This document shows positions 27,532 through 40,040 of a DNA stretch of 64,000 nt, piece after piece. Positions within the stretch are counted from its first letter, which is position 1, and each line of letters opens with the position of its first letter. The DNA comes from Raja brachyura (lineage: Eukaryota), in assembly GCA_963514005.1 (NCBI GenBank), contig OY740781.1, positions 102,240,001-102,304,000 of the forward strand, read 5' to 3'. Position numbers and translations under genes: made by a program. The notes beneath the pieces are model-generated. The model saw only the letters and a list, made by a program, of their open reading frames with translations. It did no database searches and had not been told where the DNA came from.

Positions 27532-27546
27532 TTGGTGACCCCCGAC

Positions 27547-29085
27547 TGTCCGAATTGAAATTTGGACTCTCCTGAAGCATGCTCTCCTGGAGACCTGATG
27601 TCTGCAGCTGGCTGTCCAGCCCTGCAGAACTACGCTGCCGCCAACACAGCCCTGCAGTGAAGTAGGCCGCCTCTTCCCCACCAGCTGCTGCTCACGGGAG
27701 CTGAGGAGCTGCCGCCGCTCTCCAACTCCCGGCAACGGGGCAGGCCGCCTTGTGTTCCGACCGCCGAGCTCCTCTGCATGACCTGCCCGGAGCCGACCAC
27801 CGGAGCGGAGAGGTTTTACCAGCTGCCGCTGCCCCATCAGCTGTTGAAGGAGCTGTGAGCATAGCAACTTCCTGCCCACAGCAACGCTGACGCATGCCCG
27901 ATGGCTCTGGGAGCAGAGAGAGAGTACCTGCCCTGCACCCCGGGCCACACACTGCATACACTGCTCCAGGCTCTGCACCGCACCCTGGGCCTTCACCACG
28001 GACACGGTTTCAGACCCGGCACCGCACCAGGCCTCACCGCGTCTCCAGGCCCTGCATCGGACCCGGCCTCACTGCAGCCACGTCTCCAGGCCCTGCACTA
28101 CAACAGTCCTCACCGCGGCGATGGCTCCAGGCCCTTCACCGGCCTCACCACAACCGCACCGCATCGGGCCTCACTGCCCCAGACCCGGCACCGCAACAGG
28201 CCTCACCGTGGCCACAGCTACACACCGCCCTGCACCGTACCTGGCCCTGCCGGCTGCTGCCCAGGGCCTAGCCACCCGATAGGGCGGACTGACCTGGGGC
28301 GCCTGCCAAATACGTCTTTCTTCTCCTCACCGGCATGGACTCCGAACATCCATGGGCGCTGGCTGCCTGTCCGGCCCAGGGATTCAATCATTGCTGAAGT
28401 CTGCTTCAGCCGGCCGGCAAGATGGTCGCCGCACCATCCTGAAACAAGCGGCCGCCCGACTACAAAAATGGCCGCTGTGGCCGGCCGGAAGAGAAGTATG
28501 AACTTACCTGACCACCGTCCACAATGCCATCTTTCAGCCGGATGCCACCCCTGCAACATGACTACTGGCAACAGCGCCGCCATCAGATCAGCTGCCATCA
28601 CTGCAGCCTCACTACCGACCACAGTGCCACCTACCGGCCGGATGCCATCACTGCATCCTCACTGCCGTCCACAGCGCCACCTTCCAGCCGGATGCAGTCC
28701 CTGCAGCCTGATCACCGGCAACAGCGCCTCATTCAGACTCTGGTGAGGCTGTCACTGCAACACTATCCTGCACTATGAACACTGGACAATTTGAACTTTG
28801 GACACTGATTGCAATGTAATTTGTATTTTTACTGTTCATTTTTGTGTTCACTGCATTTCCACGCACGGTTCAGAAATAGGTTTGTTTATTTTAATTAGGC
28901 TTTTTTCCCCCATCGTTGCTGGGGGCCGTATTTCACAGGACACTCTCCCTTAGCTGGTCGAGGAGATGCAACCGTGTCTCTTCCATCCGGCAGCTTCTGC
29001 ATCGGTCTCCTTGCACCCCTCGGTACCTCGGGATCGGGCACGCAGGGCGTCACTGCGCCCGTGGTGCCCTCGGTACCGACCGAAT
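27547..29085 (+). mobile_element. GC-rich internal region downstream of the LTR/PBS, truncated
   Basis: Sharp GC shift inside the AT-rich L1; internal imperfect direct repeats (~28513-28570 and ~28663-28730); no recognisable protein. Confidence 0.5.
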
Positions 29086-29704
29086 TGTATTTTGCAGTAG
29101 TCTTGAGAATTGAATCAAACTTCCTTTTCCTACAGTCCTTTTCAACCCGCTTAATTTTCTTGTTTAAATCCTCCTCAATTTCTTCAACACATTTATTTAA
29201 GTTATCAATTTTCAGCATCACTTCCTCATTACCGTGTTTAATTTTTTTAGAGATACTTTTGTCCAGCGCGGCGTTCCCTTCTTGTATCAATTTAGAAATA
29301 TCTTTAATGATTGAAGTTCTTACCGACTGTTCCAATTGCTCCATCTGTCCTTCTTTTGAAGTCATTTCTGTAGGACTTCGAGAATCAGCTTCTTCTTCTG
29401 AGCTTTCAGCTGAGGCTTGAGGAGTTTTACCAAGTTCTTATAAGTAAAGTTGTAGCAGGTCTTGCAGCAGGTTTTGCGGGCTTCTGATGAGGATTCCCTT
29501 TTTTCATTTAAAACTGCCGTTAATCTCCGTTATTTTGCGGCGACTTGTGATGACGTCACTTACGCGCCGTCAAACAGCTAAGAGTATTTTTAAATCGGTC
29601 CCGTCTTCCAAACCATCTTTTTTCAGGATTTAATGGGAGCAGAGCTCGATGCTGCACCTCCTGTTACTCCATGGCGCCACCATAAGTCACTTGCAATTAA
29701 TTTG

Positions 29705-29828
29705 CAACAAATTCCTCAGTAGCATTTTCAGTATCTTCCTCAGTAGCATTTGCAGTAAGTTCCTCAGTAGCATTTACAATAAGTTCCTTAGTAGGAATTA
29801 GAGCAAGTTCCTCAAAGTAGGAATTACA
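29705..29828. repeat. ~23-bp tandem repeat (agtaagttcctcagtagcattt-like)
   Basis: About five imperfect units, with a further unit at ~30472-30492. Confidence 0.8.
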
Positions 29829-29829
29829 G

Positions 29830-30082
29830 AAGGTACAGGAGCCTGAAATCTGTTACATCCAGGATCAGGGACAGCTTCTTCTCCACAGCCAACAGGCTAT
29901 TAAACTCACCAACAAACGGACTCTGAACTGTAACAACCTATTGCACATTATCTGCTTATTTATGTGTATATTGAACTGGACTGTTCTGTATTTTTGTTTA
30001 CAATACTCTGTTGTGCTGCAGCAAGCAAGAATGTCATTGTCCTATCTGGGACACATGGCAATAAATTCTCTTGACTTGACTT
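29830..30082 (+). mobile_element. Rex1-type LINE 3' end
   Basis: aggtacaggagcctg...acagcttcttc; aataaa and (cttga)n tail. Confidence 0.7.
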
Positions 30083-30292
30083 TCTATCTATCTATCTCGC
30101 TCTCTCTCACTCACTTGACTCAGCATTCCCGGAAACATTTGGCGTCTTGGAAAGACAACTGCATCTGCAGTTCATTCTTATTATAGAAGAACCCTGCCCC
30201 GAAACAACTCCTAATCCATTCCCTTGACAGATGCCGCCTAGTCCGCTGAGTTCCTCCAGCACGCTGTGTTTTTTATTTAATTCTGAAATTGA

Positions 30293-30472
30293 AGATAGAC
30301 ACAAAACCTGGAGTAACTCAGCGGGAAAGGCAGCATCTCTGCAGAGAAGGGATGGGTGACGTTTCGTGTAGAGACCCTTCTTCAGAGAATCACAAGTATT
30401 CTCACTGATGAGAGTTCAGTTCAGTCTGAAGAAGGGACTCGACCCTAAACGTCACCCATTCCTTTCTCCAGA
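30293..30472. mobile_element. Inverted pair of Penelope termini with hammerhead motifs on both strands
   Basis: Minus motif 30358-30385, plus motif 30426-30453, 40-nt spacer. Confidence 0.8.
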
Positions 30473-30569
30473 GTAAGTTCCTCAGTAGAATTTGGCACTG
30501 GTACCTCTGTGACATCTGCTTTAATTGGTTTTGAAAAGGTGGCTTTCGACCATATTCATTGGGCCGCAT

Positions 30570-33500
30570 AATAGTAAGATTAAATGAGAACTTACCTTTT
30601 CGAAGTTTGATCTTTATTTTATGAAGAGTTACGATGAGGGATTATGTGAAGAAGCCCCGCCAGGTGCATGCTCGGCATACTTCATAGCAGCGGCATGAAA
30701 AACACAGAACCAATAGCCGAAGTAAGATAGTAAGGCTCACACATGACTGGAACTACCAGATGATCATTTAGATTATGAGAGTCGGGAGCAGAGGGCACGT
30801 AATCCCTCATCGTAACTCCTCATAAAATAAAGATCAAACTTCGAACAGGTAAGTTCTTGTTTAATCTTACTATTTTACTTTGGAGTCACGTGAGTGACTA
30901 CGTGAAGATTTTGAAGCTCTGTGATTTTCATGCCGTAGATACATTCCATATGACACACTGCTTCAGTTGACACAGTAGTGAGTAAATAATATTATTGAAC
31001 ATTGCTTGAATAATGCAACAAGTATTTTAATAATAATAATAAAAGAAAAGTAATACCCTTCTATCATAAGAGAATTACAACAAAAGATATGAATCATTAC
31101 ATAAAAGAAAACAAATAATCAAACAAACCCAACACTGCATGTCCAAACTCTGGCACCGTGATAATAGGTTTATTGTAAAACTTGGAAAAAGTTTCTTCTT
31201 TACACCATGCTGTGGCCTCTAAAATTTGGTTGAGCGGCACGTCCTGTGCCATCGCCGCGGACGTGGACTAAATCCAAAACCTGTTTTAACCATCTAGAAA
31301 TAGTTTGTAATGACACTTTTTTGTATGTTTTTTTATGGGCAATAAGCATTGTTGTCTCACAACCTCGGAGACTCTTGGTTACTTCAATATATTGAGTCAG
31401 ATGCTTAACCACACACAATGTTTGGTCGACAGGATATGCTCTAAAGATTGCCTTGGTTCCAGACTTCCCCGGTCTGCTTTGTTTGATTAGATCATAAACA
31501 TAAAAAGTAATGTTATCTGCAGACATGTGCATACAATCTAAATGTAACATTTGCAATGTTTGTACTCTTTGTGCTGACACTAATGCCATAATCATTACTA
31601 CTTTAAATGTTAATTTCTGAAAAGACAGTGACGTAATTGGAGCCCATTGCCGAAGCAATGTGAGAACTGTACTAACATCCTAAATTTCTGTATATCTGGG
31701 TTTGGGAGGATTTTTATTAAAAATCCCTCTTATAAATCGGGATATTAATGGATGAGACCCGATAGATAGATGTTCTGAAAATTAGATGTTTTGAAGACAA
31801 AGCACTACGAGCACTATTAATGGCACTATAACTAAGGTGCTGATCAAAATGCAACATAGCAAGGAACTCCAATACATCCGATATGTTTGCAGTATGATAA
31901 GATATATCTGACTGAAAAAAAAACTTCCCATTTCTTTATGTGAGACATATATTGTTTCTTAGTGCTATCTCTCCAAGCTGACGTTATGACATCCATGGTC
32001 CTATATGACAGTCCAAGCCCTTGTAATGGTCTGGTCAGAACCTGCAGATTAACAAATTCATATGATCATGCAATGGATGAACTTGTTCTGTCACTGGTTG
32101 TATCAACAAATCCCTGGAGCTGGGAATCGTCATAAATGGTTCAATTATCATTCTAAGCATCAATGGGAACCATGGCTGTGTAGGCCAGTTTGGAACCACC
32201 AAAGCACCCGTGGCAGAGTCTTGCTATATTTTACTGAGACATTGCCTAATCAGGCAAAATGGGAAAAAGCATAGAAAAACATATTTCCCCAATGTAGCGA
32301 GAATGCATCCAACGCTACAGCTCCTGGATCAGGCTCCCATGACACGTATTTAGGCAATTGGTGATTTAATCTGGACGCAGACAGATCAATGTCTGGTACA
32401 CCATACCGATTGACAATTTTATGGAAAATTTGTGGATTTAACATTCATTCTGTATTGTCTTTAAATTCCCGTGATCTGTTGTCTGTCACAACATTGTCTT
32501 TCCCTGGGAGATAGATAGCTGAAAGCCAGATATTCCTAGATACACACCAATTCCACATCAGGTTGACCAGATGATCACATGATACTGACCTTACTCCACC
32601 CATGTGATTGATATATGCTACAGCTGTGGTATTGTCTACTTGTAATTGAACATGCAAGTTCTCCATTGTAGAACAATAAGCTTTTAATCTAAAAAATGCC
32701 CCCAATAACTCCAAATAATTAATACCATATGTTTGGAGAATTAAATCTTCTTGGACAGTCCATGAAACACCACCGCTGGTGTTATTGTCCATAGCCCCCC
32801 ATCCGAGAGCACTAACATCAGTTTGCAATACCACTGTAGGTTGCCGAATAACAATGTTTTTAGTAGCTTGTGCAACATTCCCAATCCACCACTGTAATTC
32901 AGCCAACTTCCATTGGCAACTGCATGGGTCTGTTAAAATGACCTACACGTTCTTTTAGTGCTTGTGCTTTTGCCCTTTGAAGATTTTGATAATGCAAAGG
33001 ACCAAACTCAACAGCGGGAAATGCTTCTATTATCTTACCAATAACCCTAGCTACTTCTCGGATGGAGGGATAAGGTTTGTCAGCAAGACAGCTACACGCA
33101 TTTGTAATATCCACAACTTTATCTGTTGGTAAAGTTACTGATATAGCAACTGAATTAATGACAAATTCCAAATACTCAATTGTTTGCAACGGCTGTAGCT
33201 TAGATTTTGTTGGATGGATCAGAAACCCTAACCTTTTCAACAGGCTTATAGTTGCTGAAATGGAATCTTCAGCTGATTCCTGAGTGGCATTAACAATTAA
33301 AATATCATCAAGATAAGCCATGACGATGTGAATTTGAGCCCTTAACAATGCAAGTGCTGGTTTCAATAATTTTGTGAACAGCCTGGGAGCTAAACTTAAC
33401 CCATTAGGTCATGCTTTATATTGCCCCAGCTGACCCATCCAATTAAACTTCAAGTTCCTACGATAATGGTGATGAATTGGCATTGAATAATACGCATATT

Positions 33501-35475
33501 TTAAGTCTATAGTCTACAGTAGCCATGTAACACCCTATGGACAGCAACTCCTTTGCAGTGTTGAAGGTGTCCATTTTGAAATGTCTATACTGGACATATG
33601 AATTCAATTTTTTGAGATCCAGAATGACTCTACAACCCCCATCTTTCTTTGCCCTGGGGAAAATATTTGACACAAATTGTTGTGGATGATTCTCCGTACT
33701 CTCAATTACCCCTTTCTAAATAAATGTTCTACTTCTTATTTTACCTGAGAATTTTCAGGTGAAGAAAACACCAAAACCCAATTAGGGTTTTCCTGTACAG
33801 GTGGATCAACTCCTCCCATAAATTCTATAATAGCACCTGACACAGTATCTAATATAAACCGATCAGATGTTATACAGTACCATTCATCATAAAACAATTG
33901 CAATCTACCACCAACTGGAGGTTTTACAACAGTTTCCTCTGTGATAGAATAAAGTTTTTGTACCTCAGCAAATTACCGTGATGGTCTCCTTCTCCCAATA
34001 TATGGATTAACATTGGGCTGTGATGGGTGATAATACCTTCTCACCATACCCCTGCCTGAATCAAACCCCCTTCTCATCCAGCCAGATTGTCTCCTTTGAC
34101 CAAATATAAAAGGTTTTATGAGGCTGATAGTCTTTGCCTCCTCATTGATATCCTTAATTTGTTTAGGCAGGTTTTCTCCGAATAAATAATCTGGAGCTTG
34201 AACATTACTTGATTTACACAAACCAGCAAATCTTGGGTGCACTATGGGCCGAATGGCAATTTTTCTCATACAATTAATCTCAAATTAAGAGTTACAAAAC
34301 AATGCCAACATGTCTTTTGGGATTTTGGACATAGCATTGCCCTTCCAACTGCCTCCCAAAAGCAGTAATGCCAGCTGCAATGAGCTCTGGAATCGTATCT
34401 CCTGTCCTCCCATTGTTGACGTCATGGGTGTCCAAATAGCTGGATTCACCGTCGGCACCCTCAGTGATGCACAATTAACAGGTGTTTTATAGAGGTCTGC
34501 TGTCTAAATCATGACAGTCTCCTGAAGCTGGTGAGAAACCAAATAATTAATGTTGGCCCACAAAAGGCTGGAGAAACTCAGCGGGTGCAGCAGCATCTAA
34601 GGAGCGAAGGAGATTGGCGACGTTTCGGGTCGAGACCCTTCAATTAATGTTGGCCGCCAGGTTTTCTTCCATGACCTCACCGCTTCCCGCTAGTATAGCA
34701 AAGGAGTGTGCTACATCTGGTACACCTGTAGAATGACTTTTGTGTTGTGGCGGGTATTCAAGACCAGAAACATCACCTTCAGGGTCAGTCTCCTGCCACC
34801 CTGGTACTCCTGAGACTTGCTCAAAGGAGACTTCCAGACCTAAACAAGGCTCTGCAGGTTCACATTCCCATGTTGTAAAGGCATCATATTCATGATATGG
34901 AACCCCCTCAGGGGCTGCCTGGGAATATTCTGAGTCTTTTGACCCTTGGTTAATAATTGTTTGAAGCATTTTCTCCATTTGCTCCATCCTGAGCCACAGG
35001 GCTCGTCTGCCTATCCCTGCCTCTTCTTCATCAGATTCATCTGATATTACAGGCTTAGCAGACTTCCTTTTATTTTTCCTTTCCACTAGAGAACCCTCTG
35101 TGGCCTGTGGCTGTGGAGCGTCTAAAGGCTGAACTACGGCAGGGTCAACGGCTACCGGTATCGGAACCGGCTCTGTATTAATCTGAGGTCCCGATCTTAA
35201 CTTGTTTCCACCCGGGACGCGCACTTTCCCCGTGCCGATTTTCTCACCGTGTCCATTTTTTAAAAACTTCCCAAACTCCTCCTGGCTATTCCAGCCAGCG
35301 TCACGGAGTTTCTACCCAGGAAGTAATTTTAACCCACTTACCTACAGGCCTGTTATTCACCACTGGTGGAGCTGCGATCTGCACCCTTTCCTTACCGACA
35401 TACGTCGACATAATGCCGAGCATGCGCCTGGCAGGGCTTCTTCACGTAGTCACTCACGTGACTCCGAAGTAAAAT
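30570..35475 (-). mobile_element. DIRS1-like retrotransposon, copy 2 (both ends, ICR ~30797-30908)
   Basis: Same terminal and ICR architecture as copy 1. gag (~33973-35256), RT (RVILDLKKLN, AYLDDIL), RNaseH (LQTDVSALGWGA), MT (PDIDLSASRLNHQL), YR (ALVSAQRVQTL). Confidence 0.95.
34559..34641 (-). mobile_element. 83-bp Penelope terminal fragment inserted in DIRS gag
   Basis: 14-bp TSD aattaatgttggcc at 34545-34558 and 34642-34655; ends inside the hammerhead motif. Confidence 0.9.
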
Positions 35476-35584
35476 TGTTCTTGGTGGGAAGTTCAGACTT
35501 CTGAACATAGCCCAATTCAAAATCACAAAAGGCATAGGACAACTGTCTGTAAAATTGACATTAATTTCTTAACTTTAATTTAAG

Positions 35585-35760
35585 TTAGAGATACAGCACA
35601 AAAACAAGCCCGTCGGTCAACTGAGTCAATGCCCACCAGTGATCAGTGTACACTAGCACTATTCTACACACTAGGGAAATTTTACCTGAAGCCAATTAAC
35701 CTACAAACCTCTACGTCTTTGGAATGTGGGAGGAAACGGGACCACCCAGAGAAAACCCAC
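35585..35760 (-). mobile_element. V-SINE/HE1-like SINE, 3' part
   Basis: Reverse complement of the core seen at 60918-61310. Confidence 0.75.
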
Positions 35761-35895
35761 TGGGACATGTTGGTTCCGGATCTAAACTTACCTCCCCTAT
35801 TCTGGTTCAGTTAAACACCGAATACGAGTACTGGAATTCCAACTCTATTTTATTGTACACAATACCGCGGGACCGACCCTTGTTACTATTTACTA

Positions 35896-36074
35896 CTGCA
35901 GAGTAGTGATGGGTGATGTTTCGCATGGAGACCCTTCTTCAGACAATCACAAGTATTCTCACCGATGAGAGTTCAGTTCCGTTTGAAGAAGGGACTCGAC
36001 CCGAAACGTCACCCATTCCTTCTCTCCGGTGTTGCTGCATGCCCCACTGAGCTACTCCAGCATTTTGTGTCTAT
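35896..36074. mobile_element. Inverted pair of Penelope termini with hammerhead motifs; paralogue of 30339-30472
   Basis: Same spacer and shared variant gggactcgac; TSD-like tcacaagta at 35947-35955 and 36075-36083. Confidence 0.8.
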
Positions 36075-36282
36075 TCACAAGTACCCTGTGTATCTTCACA
36101 TGTAGACCCCGTGGAGGCATTGTATGGAATTATATAACTGGTTTGTAGTGATGGTGGGATGGGAGAGGTGGAGTGTTTGCAATCCATATGCTTTTTGTAA
36201 GAGCAGTCGATTTACTGCCATTGTTTATGTATCTCCCGTAACCTGTTTCAGTTCCGATGCTTACCAAATCGCATATAAAAAA

Positions 36283-37705
36283 AGTGACTTCGTGAAGAAC
36301 CCGCCAGCACGCATGCGCGTCATAAGGAGCTGCTAATGTAAGTGATACTAACCTTCAGTTGGTTGGTCCTTGTTGGAAGTGTGTTCTTTCAACAGGGACA
36401 TGGAAGGGAGGAACAAAGGCCGTAGGACGTCTGTCTGGAGTCGCCGGCCACCTGTCCCGGGGCCCTCATCAACGGCTGCACCTGCTAGTCAGGCCGGGAA
36501 GAAGGCGGGGAAGTCGGGGAGCCCTGTCGCTACAGGGCCCGACCCGCCGATACACCGGAGCTCCAGTGACGAGTTCGAGGAGCAGGATTTCGGTGTACCA
36601 CCGGAGCAGGTAGACCCTGCCTCCATATCGAGGTCGCCAACGGGCTCGTTGGCCGACCTGGGCAAGGGCTCGCGTGCGGCTGCACGGCCCTTCTCCCTGA
36701 GCCCTCGGAGGAGAGGGAGGGATGGAGCCCGTAAGTCTAACCCTTTAGAGGCTAAGATGTCACCTGCCTCTAAAATGCGGACTGGTGTTATGGCGGGACT
36801 CAAGTCCACTGGGAGACCTATCAGGACCAGTGTTGACTCCCCAACCATCGAGACCGGAAAGAGTCACTTGGGAGGAGTCCCGCCATGGTCACCGAGTCCT
36901 CCATGGATGGGAGGACGGGACCGTACGGGCGTCGGGTCACCGTGCTGAGGCATTGGGTGCCGACTCTCCACCGCGTTTGCCCTCCGAGGCAGCGGGATCA
37001 GGCTCCGCCAAAAGGAGGCGTATGAGCGTACCTCCCGCGCGGGAATAGCTCAGCTTTGCTGCGGCGGCTGGAAGCGACAATTTCCGGCACCGGGTTCACC
37101 TCAACGAGGTACGGGCCGATGATCGGAGCCTCAGCAGTTCAGCAGAACATGAGGACTCCGACCGCCCAAGTTCTAAGGGCGAGGGGCGTATTGACCGAAT
37201 GGAGCGGATGTTGGAGCTCCTATTGCAACAGAATCAACGGCAGCACGCATCCAGCTCCAGTGGGCACAGGGAGGCTTCACCATTGTCAACAGGGAGCCTC
37301 AGGCAGCCAGAGGATGAGGACATTCTGGACCCTACACCAGCTCCATCAGAGGTCCCGCAGGAAGAACTCCTTGATGTAGCGGCGAAATTCGCATCCTCGG
37401 AGACATCGGGATTACCCCTCAACCCCAAACTGGCTGCCACCGTGGACTTCCTGACCAATCATCAGCTCCAGGAGGAGGTTCTATCGGAGGCCATCAACAG
37501 GCACAAGGCTCCAGCCAACTGCAACTCCCTCAACGTGCCCAGATGCCAAGTCATTTCTCTGTTGTTGTTCTGTGATTCCACACCGCTACTTTGAAGAATG
37601 TCGCACATGCGTGCTGGCGGGTTCTTCACGAAATCCCTCATCGCAACTCCTCATAAAATAAAGATCAACCTTCGAACTGGTAAATTCTCGTTTAATCTTA
37701 CTATT
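36283..37705 (+). mobile_element. Internally deleted mini-DIRS of a divergent subfamily (partial gag only)
   Basis: ITRs at 36289-36319 and 37602-37632. The 3' extension 37633-37705 matches the DIRS terminus (…tttaatcttactatt). The gag peptide LAATVDFLTNHQLQE resembles LAANIN/YLVSHQLQE of copies 1 and 2. Confidence 0.88.
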
Positions 37706-38146
37706 AAAGCTCCTTCCACCTCGTCAGGCTTTGAATTCAGATCCTAGTTACTCATTAATTTTCTTCTTTGCGACATCCCTGTTTCTTTTGACAACCACCT
37801 AAAGTCTATGGTCTCCAGTTCTCAAGTCTAGTTTATTTTTGGATGCGCAAGTGTATTGAGGCACAGGAACAATAAAAAACATTCTTGCAGCAACATCGCA
37901 GGCACACATAGACAACACACAAAAACATAAATTATACATAAATTGTACAAGACAGTGAGAACAAAAATACTATACAATTAAATCAAAACATGCGATCAAA
38001 CAGTCCAAACTCCGGTGCAACCTGTTCCACCTTAATCCCTCTGTCCACGATGATTTTGAGCCAAATCTCCTCTCAGCCTTCGCTCCTCCTAAAATACATT
38101 CTCCAGCATTGCAACCAAAGTTCCAGGTCGCAGGGCTGTTCTTAGA

Positions 38147-38245
38147 AATAGACACAAAATGCTGGAGTAATTCAGCAGGACAGGCAGCATCCCCGGTGAG
38201 AAGGAATGGATAATGTTTCGGGTCGAGACCCTTCTTCAAACTGAT
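38147..38245 (-). mobile_element. Degenerate Penelope terminal fragment
   Basis: gtttcgggtcgagacccttcttcaaactg motif and flanking family sequence. Confidence 0.7.
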
Positions 38246-38431
38246 GATTTGCTCAACAGCTTTATACAGAGTAAATTGGACTGTAGGTGAATTATCAATG
38301 GTGAGCCCAGCAGTGGAGCTCTGACATGCAGAGGTAAGAGGCTGATCTGTCCAACCATCCCCTCAGCTCCACTCCAAAGTTTATAACCCTGAGAATGGAC
38401 CTCACAAACCCTGGGAAGTGAGATAAGTGAA

Positions 38432-40040
38432 GGTAAATTGTTCACTCATTTTAATAGATCTGTAGTATTTTAAGGCCGTTTTTTGTTTTCTTAATGTTTC
38501 ACTGTTTTATTTATTTAAGTCTATGTAAAATCTCTACCAATAAGAGTCCCATCACTACTAAGTCCCAGATTTCCACATTAAGGCCATTCTGGTTTTGGAG
38601 ACTACATTGCAGGAGTCAGCTTCTATATGCAGAACAGATTAGAGCAGGTGGGTATGGTCTCTCAGTAGCAGGTAGAGTCTGAAAGATACAACCCTCAATT
38701 ATCATATTAAATTTAAAGTCTGTTTTTATTATTTGTAAAAAGCTTATTTATAAATTACATTGTAAACAATATTTCCTCCCCTATCCTGCCCTCGAAGCAT
38801 TTTTCCCAATGTTCCCTGATGGGGATGACTAATCGAGGATTTAAATTCCGCTGGTTTCATGTCCAAATGTCCATTCCTCATCTCTTAAGCCGAGGCAGTA
38901 CATATTTGCAGGCTGTTGACCCTGGAGGGGAATATGCAGCTGAGCCCAATCCTGTTCTCACCTGCTATCCATTGACACACATTTTCCAGAAGGCCTGTCC
39001 AGACAGCAGGATCAGGTGCAGGATGATTGAAAACCGTTGATTACCAGGTCTGTATCCCAGAGACACGGCGAGCGGTTATGGTGTGCATTCAGCCATCTCG
39101 GCACTGATTCCCTGTCCTGCTTCCCCATTTCACTTTACACCAAATTCACATCTACCCCACATGAAGCGGTTACCTGTTCCTTATTGATTTGTACCCTAAT
39201 TTGGATGTTATTGCATCTTAATGTATGATTGATACCAAAACATTTGTTAAAATATTTCTGAAGTGCAGCCAAGAATGTTATTTGGTGATGTTTCTGTAAC
39301 TGTTCACAAACCAGCTTGCAGAATTTCATACCTTGAAATATAAATTGGAAACAAAGGGGCAGCAACCGGCAGAACGGCAAAAATGAAAAATATAATCTTG
39401 TCAGATCAGGGAGAAAGTGAAAAAAGAATGTTATCTGGGGTAGGCTGCATATGAGGAGCACTTTCTCTGGCCACAGGCTCTCAGAAATGCATGAACAGTA
39501 AGAACATGTTTTTTTTACATTAAAAAAAAAGAATTTAAGTTACGTAAATATCTCCAAAACAAATAGAGAGGGTAAATTGTTTACTCATTTTAATGGTGCT
39601 CTTTTATTTTAAGGCCTTTTAATTAAAAAAATCTTAATGTGTTCACTATTTTATTTATTTATGTATATGAAAAATCTCTAACAAAAAGAGGTATTTAAAA
39701 ACAGTTTCAACAGTCCATCAGAACCTAGTCGCAAGTTTCCACTTCAAGGCATGTTCAAAGTATCGTGCCCGATCTGGTTTTGGAGACTCTACGTTGCAAG
39801 AGTTAGTGCTACTATGCAGAACAGATGGGAATAGGTGGGGAGGGTCTCTGAGCAGCAGGCAGAGACTGAAAGATTCAACCCTTAATCATCATATTAAATT
39901 TAAAGTCTGTTTTTATTATTTGCAGGAAGCTTATTTATAAATTACAATGTAAATAATCTTTTCATCCCTTCTCCTGCCCTCGATGCATTTTGTTCCCTGC
40001 ATTTCCTGAAGGGGATGACTAATCGAGGATTTAAAATTCC
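38432..40040. repeat. Diverged direct duplication, 38432-38849 vs 39571-40040
   Basis: Shared blocks such as atcatattaaatttaaagtctgtttttattatttg and ggggatgactaatcgaggatttaaa. Confidence 0.85.

Larger units (their letters stand above)
18314..29689 (-). mobile_element. L1-clade LINE with both ends, heavily nested and internally deleted
   Basis: 13-bp TSD cttgcaattaatt at 18301-18313 and 29690-29702. ORF1 coiled-coil N-terminus (~29085-29510), APE endonuclease (~25925-26730, IISDHSPL), ORF2 C-terminus (QFKILHRLYYSKTRL...CDKC...HSFVSC, 18688-19200). Confidence 0.88.

Noticed and set aside
27505..28778. Long overlapping ORFs (up to 281 aa) on both strands
   Set aside because: GC-rich, repeat-containing LTR interior with stop-poor composition and no recognisable domain.
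36370..36948. 192-aa ORF as a host gene
   Set aside because: Lies between DIRS ITRs and leads into gag-like sequence; it is part of the mini-DIRS.
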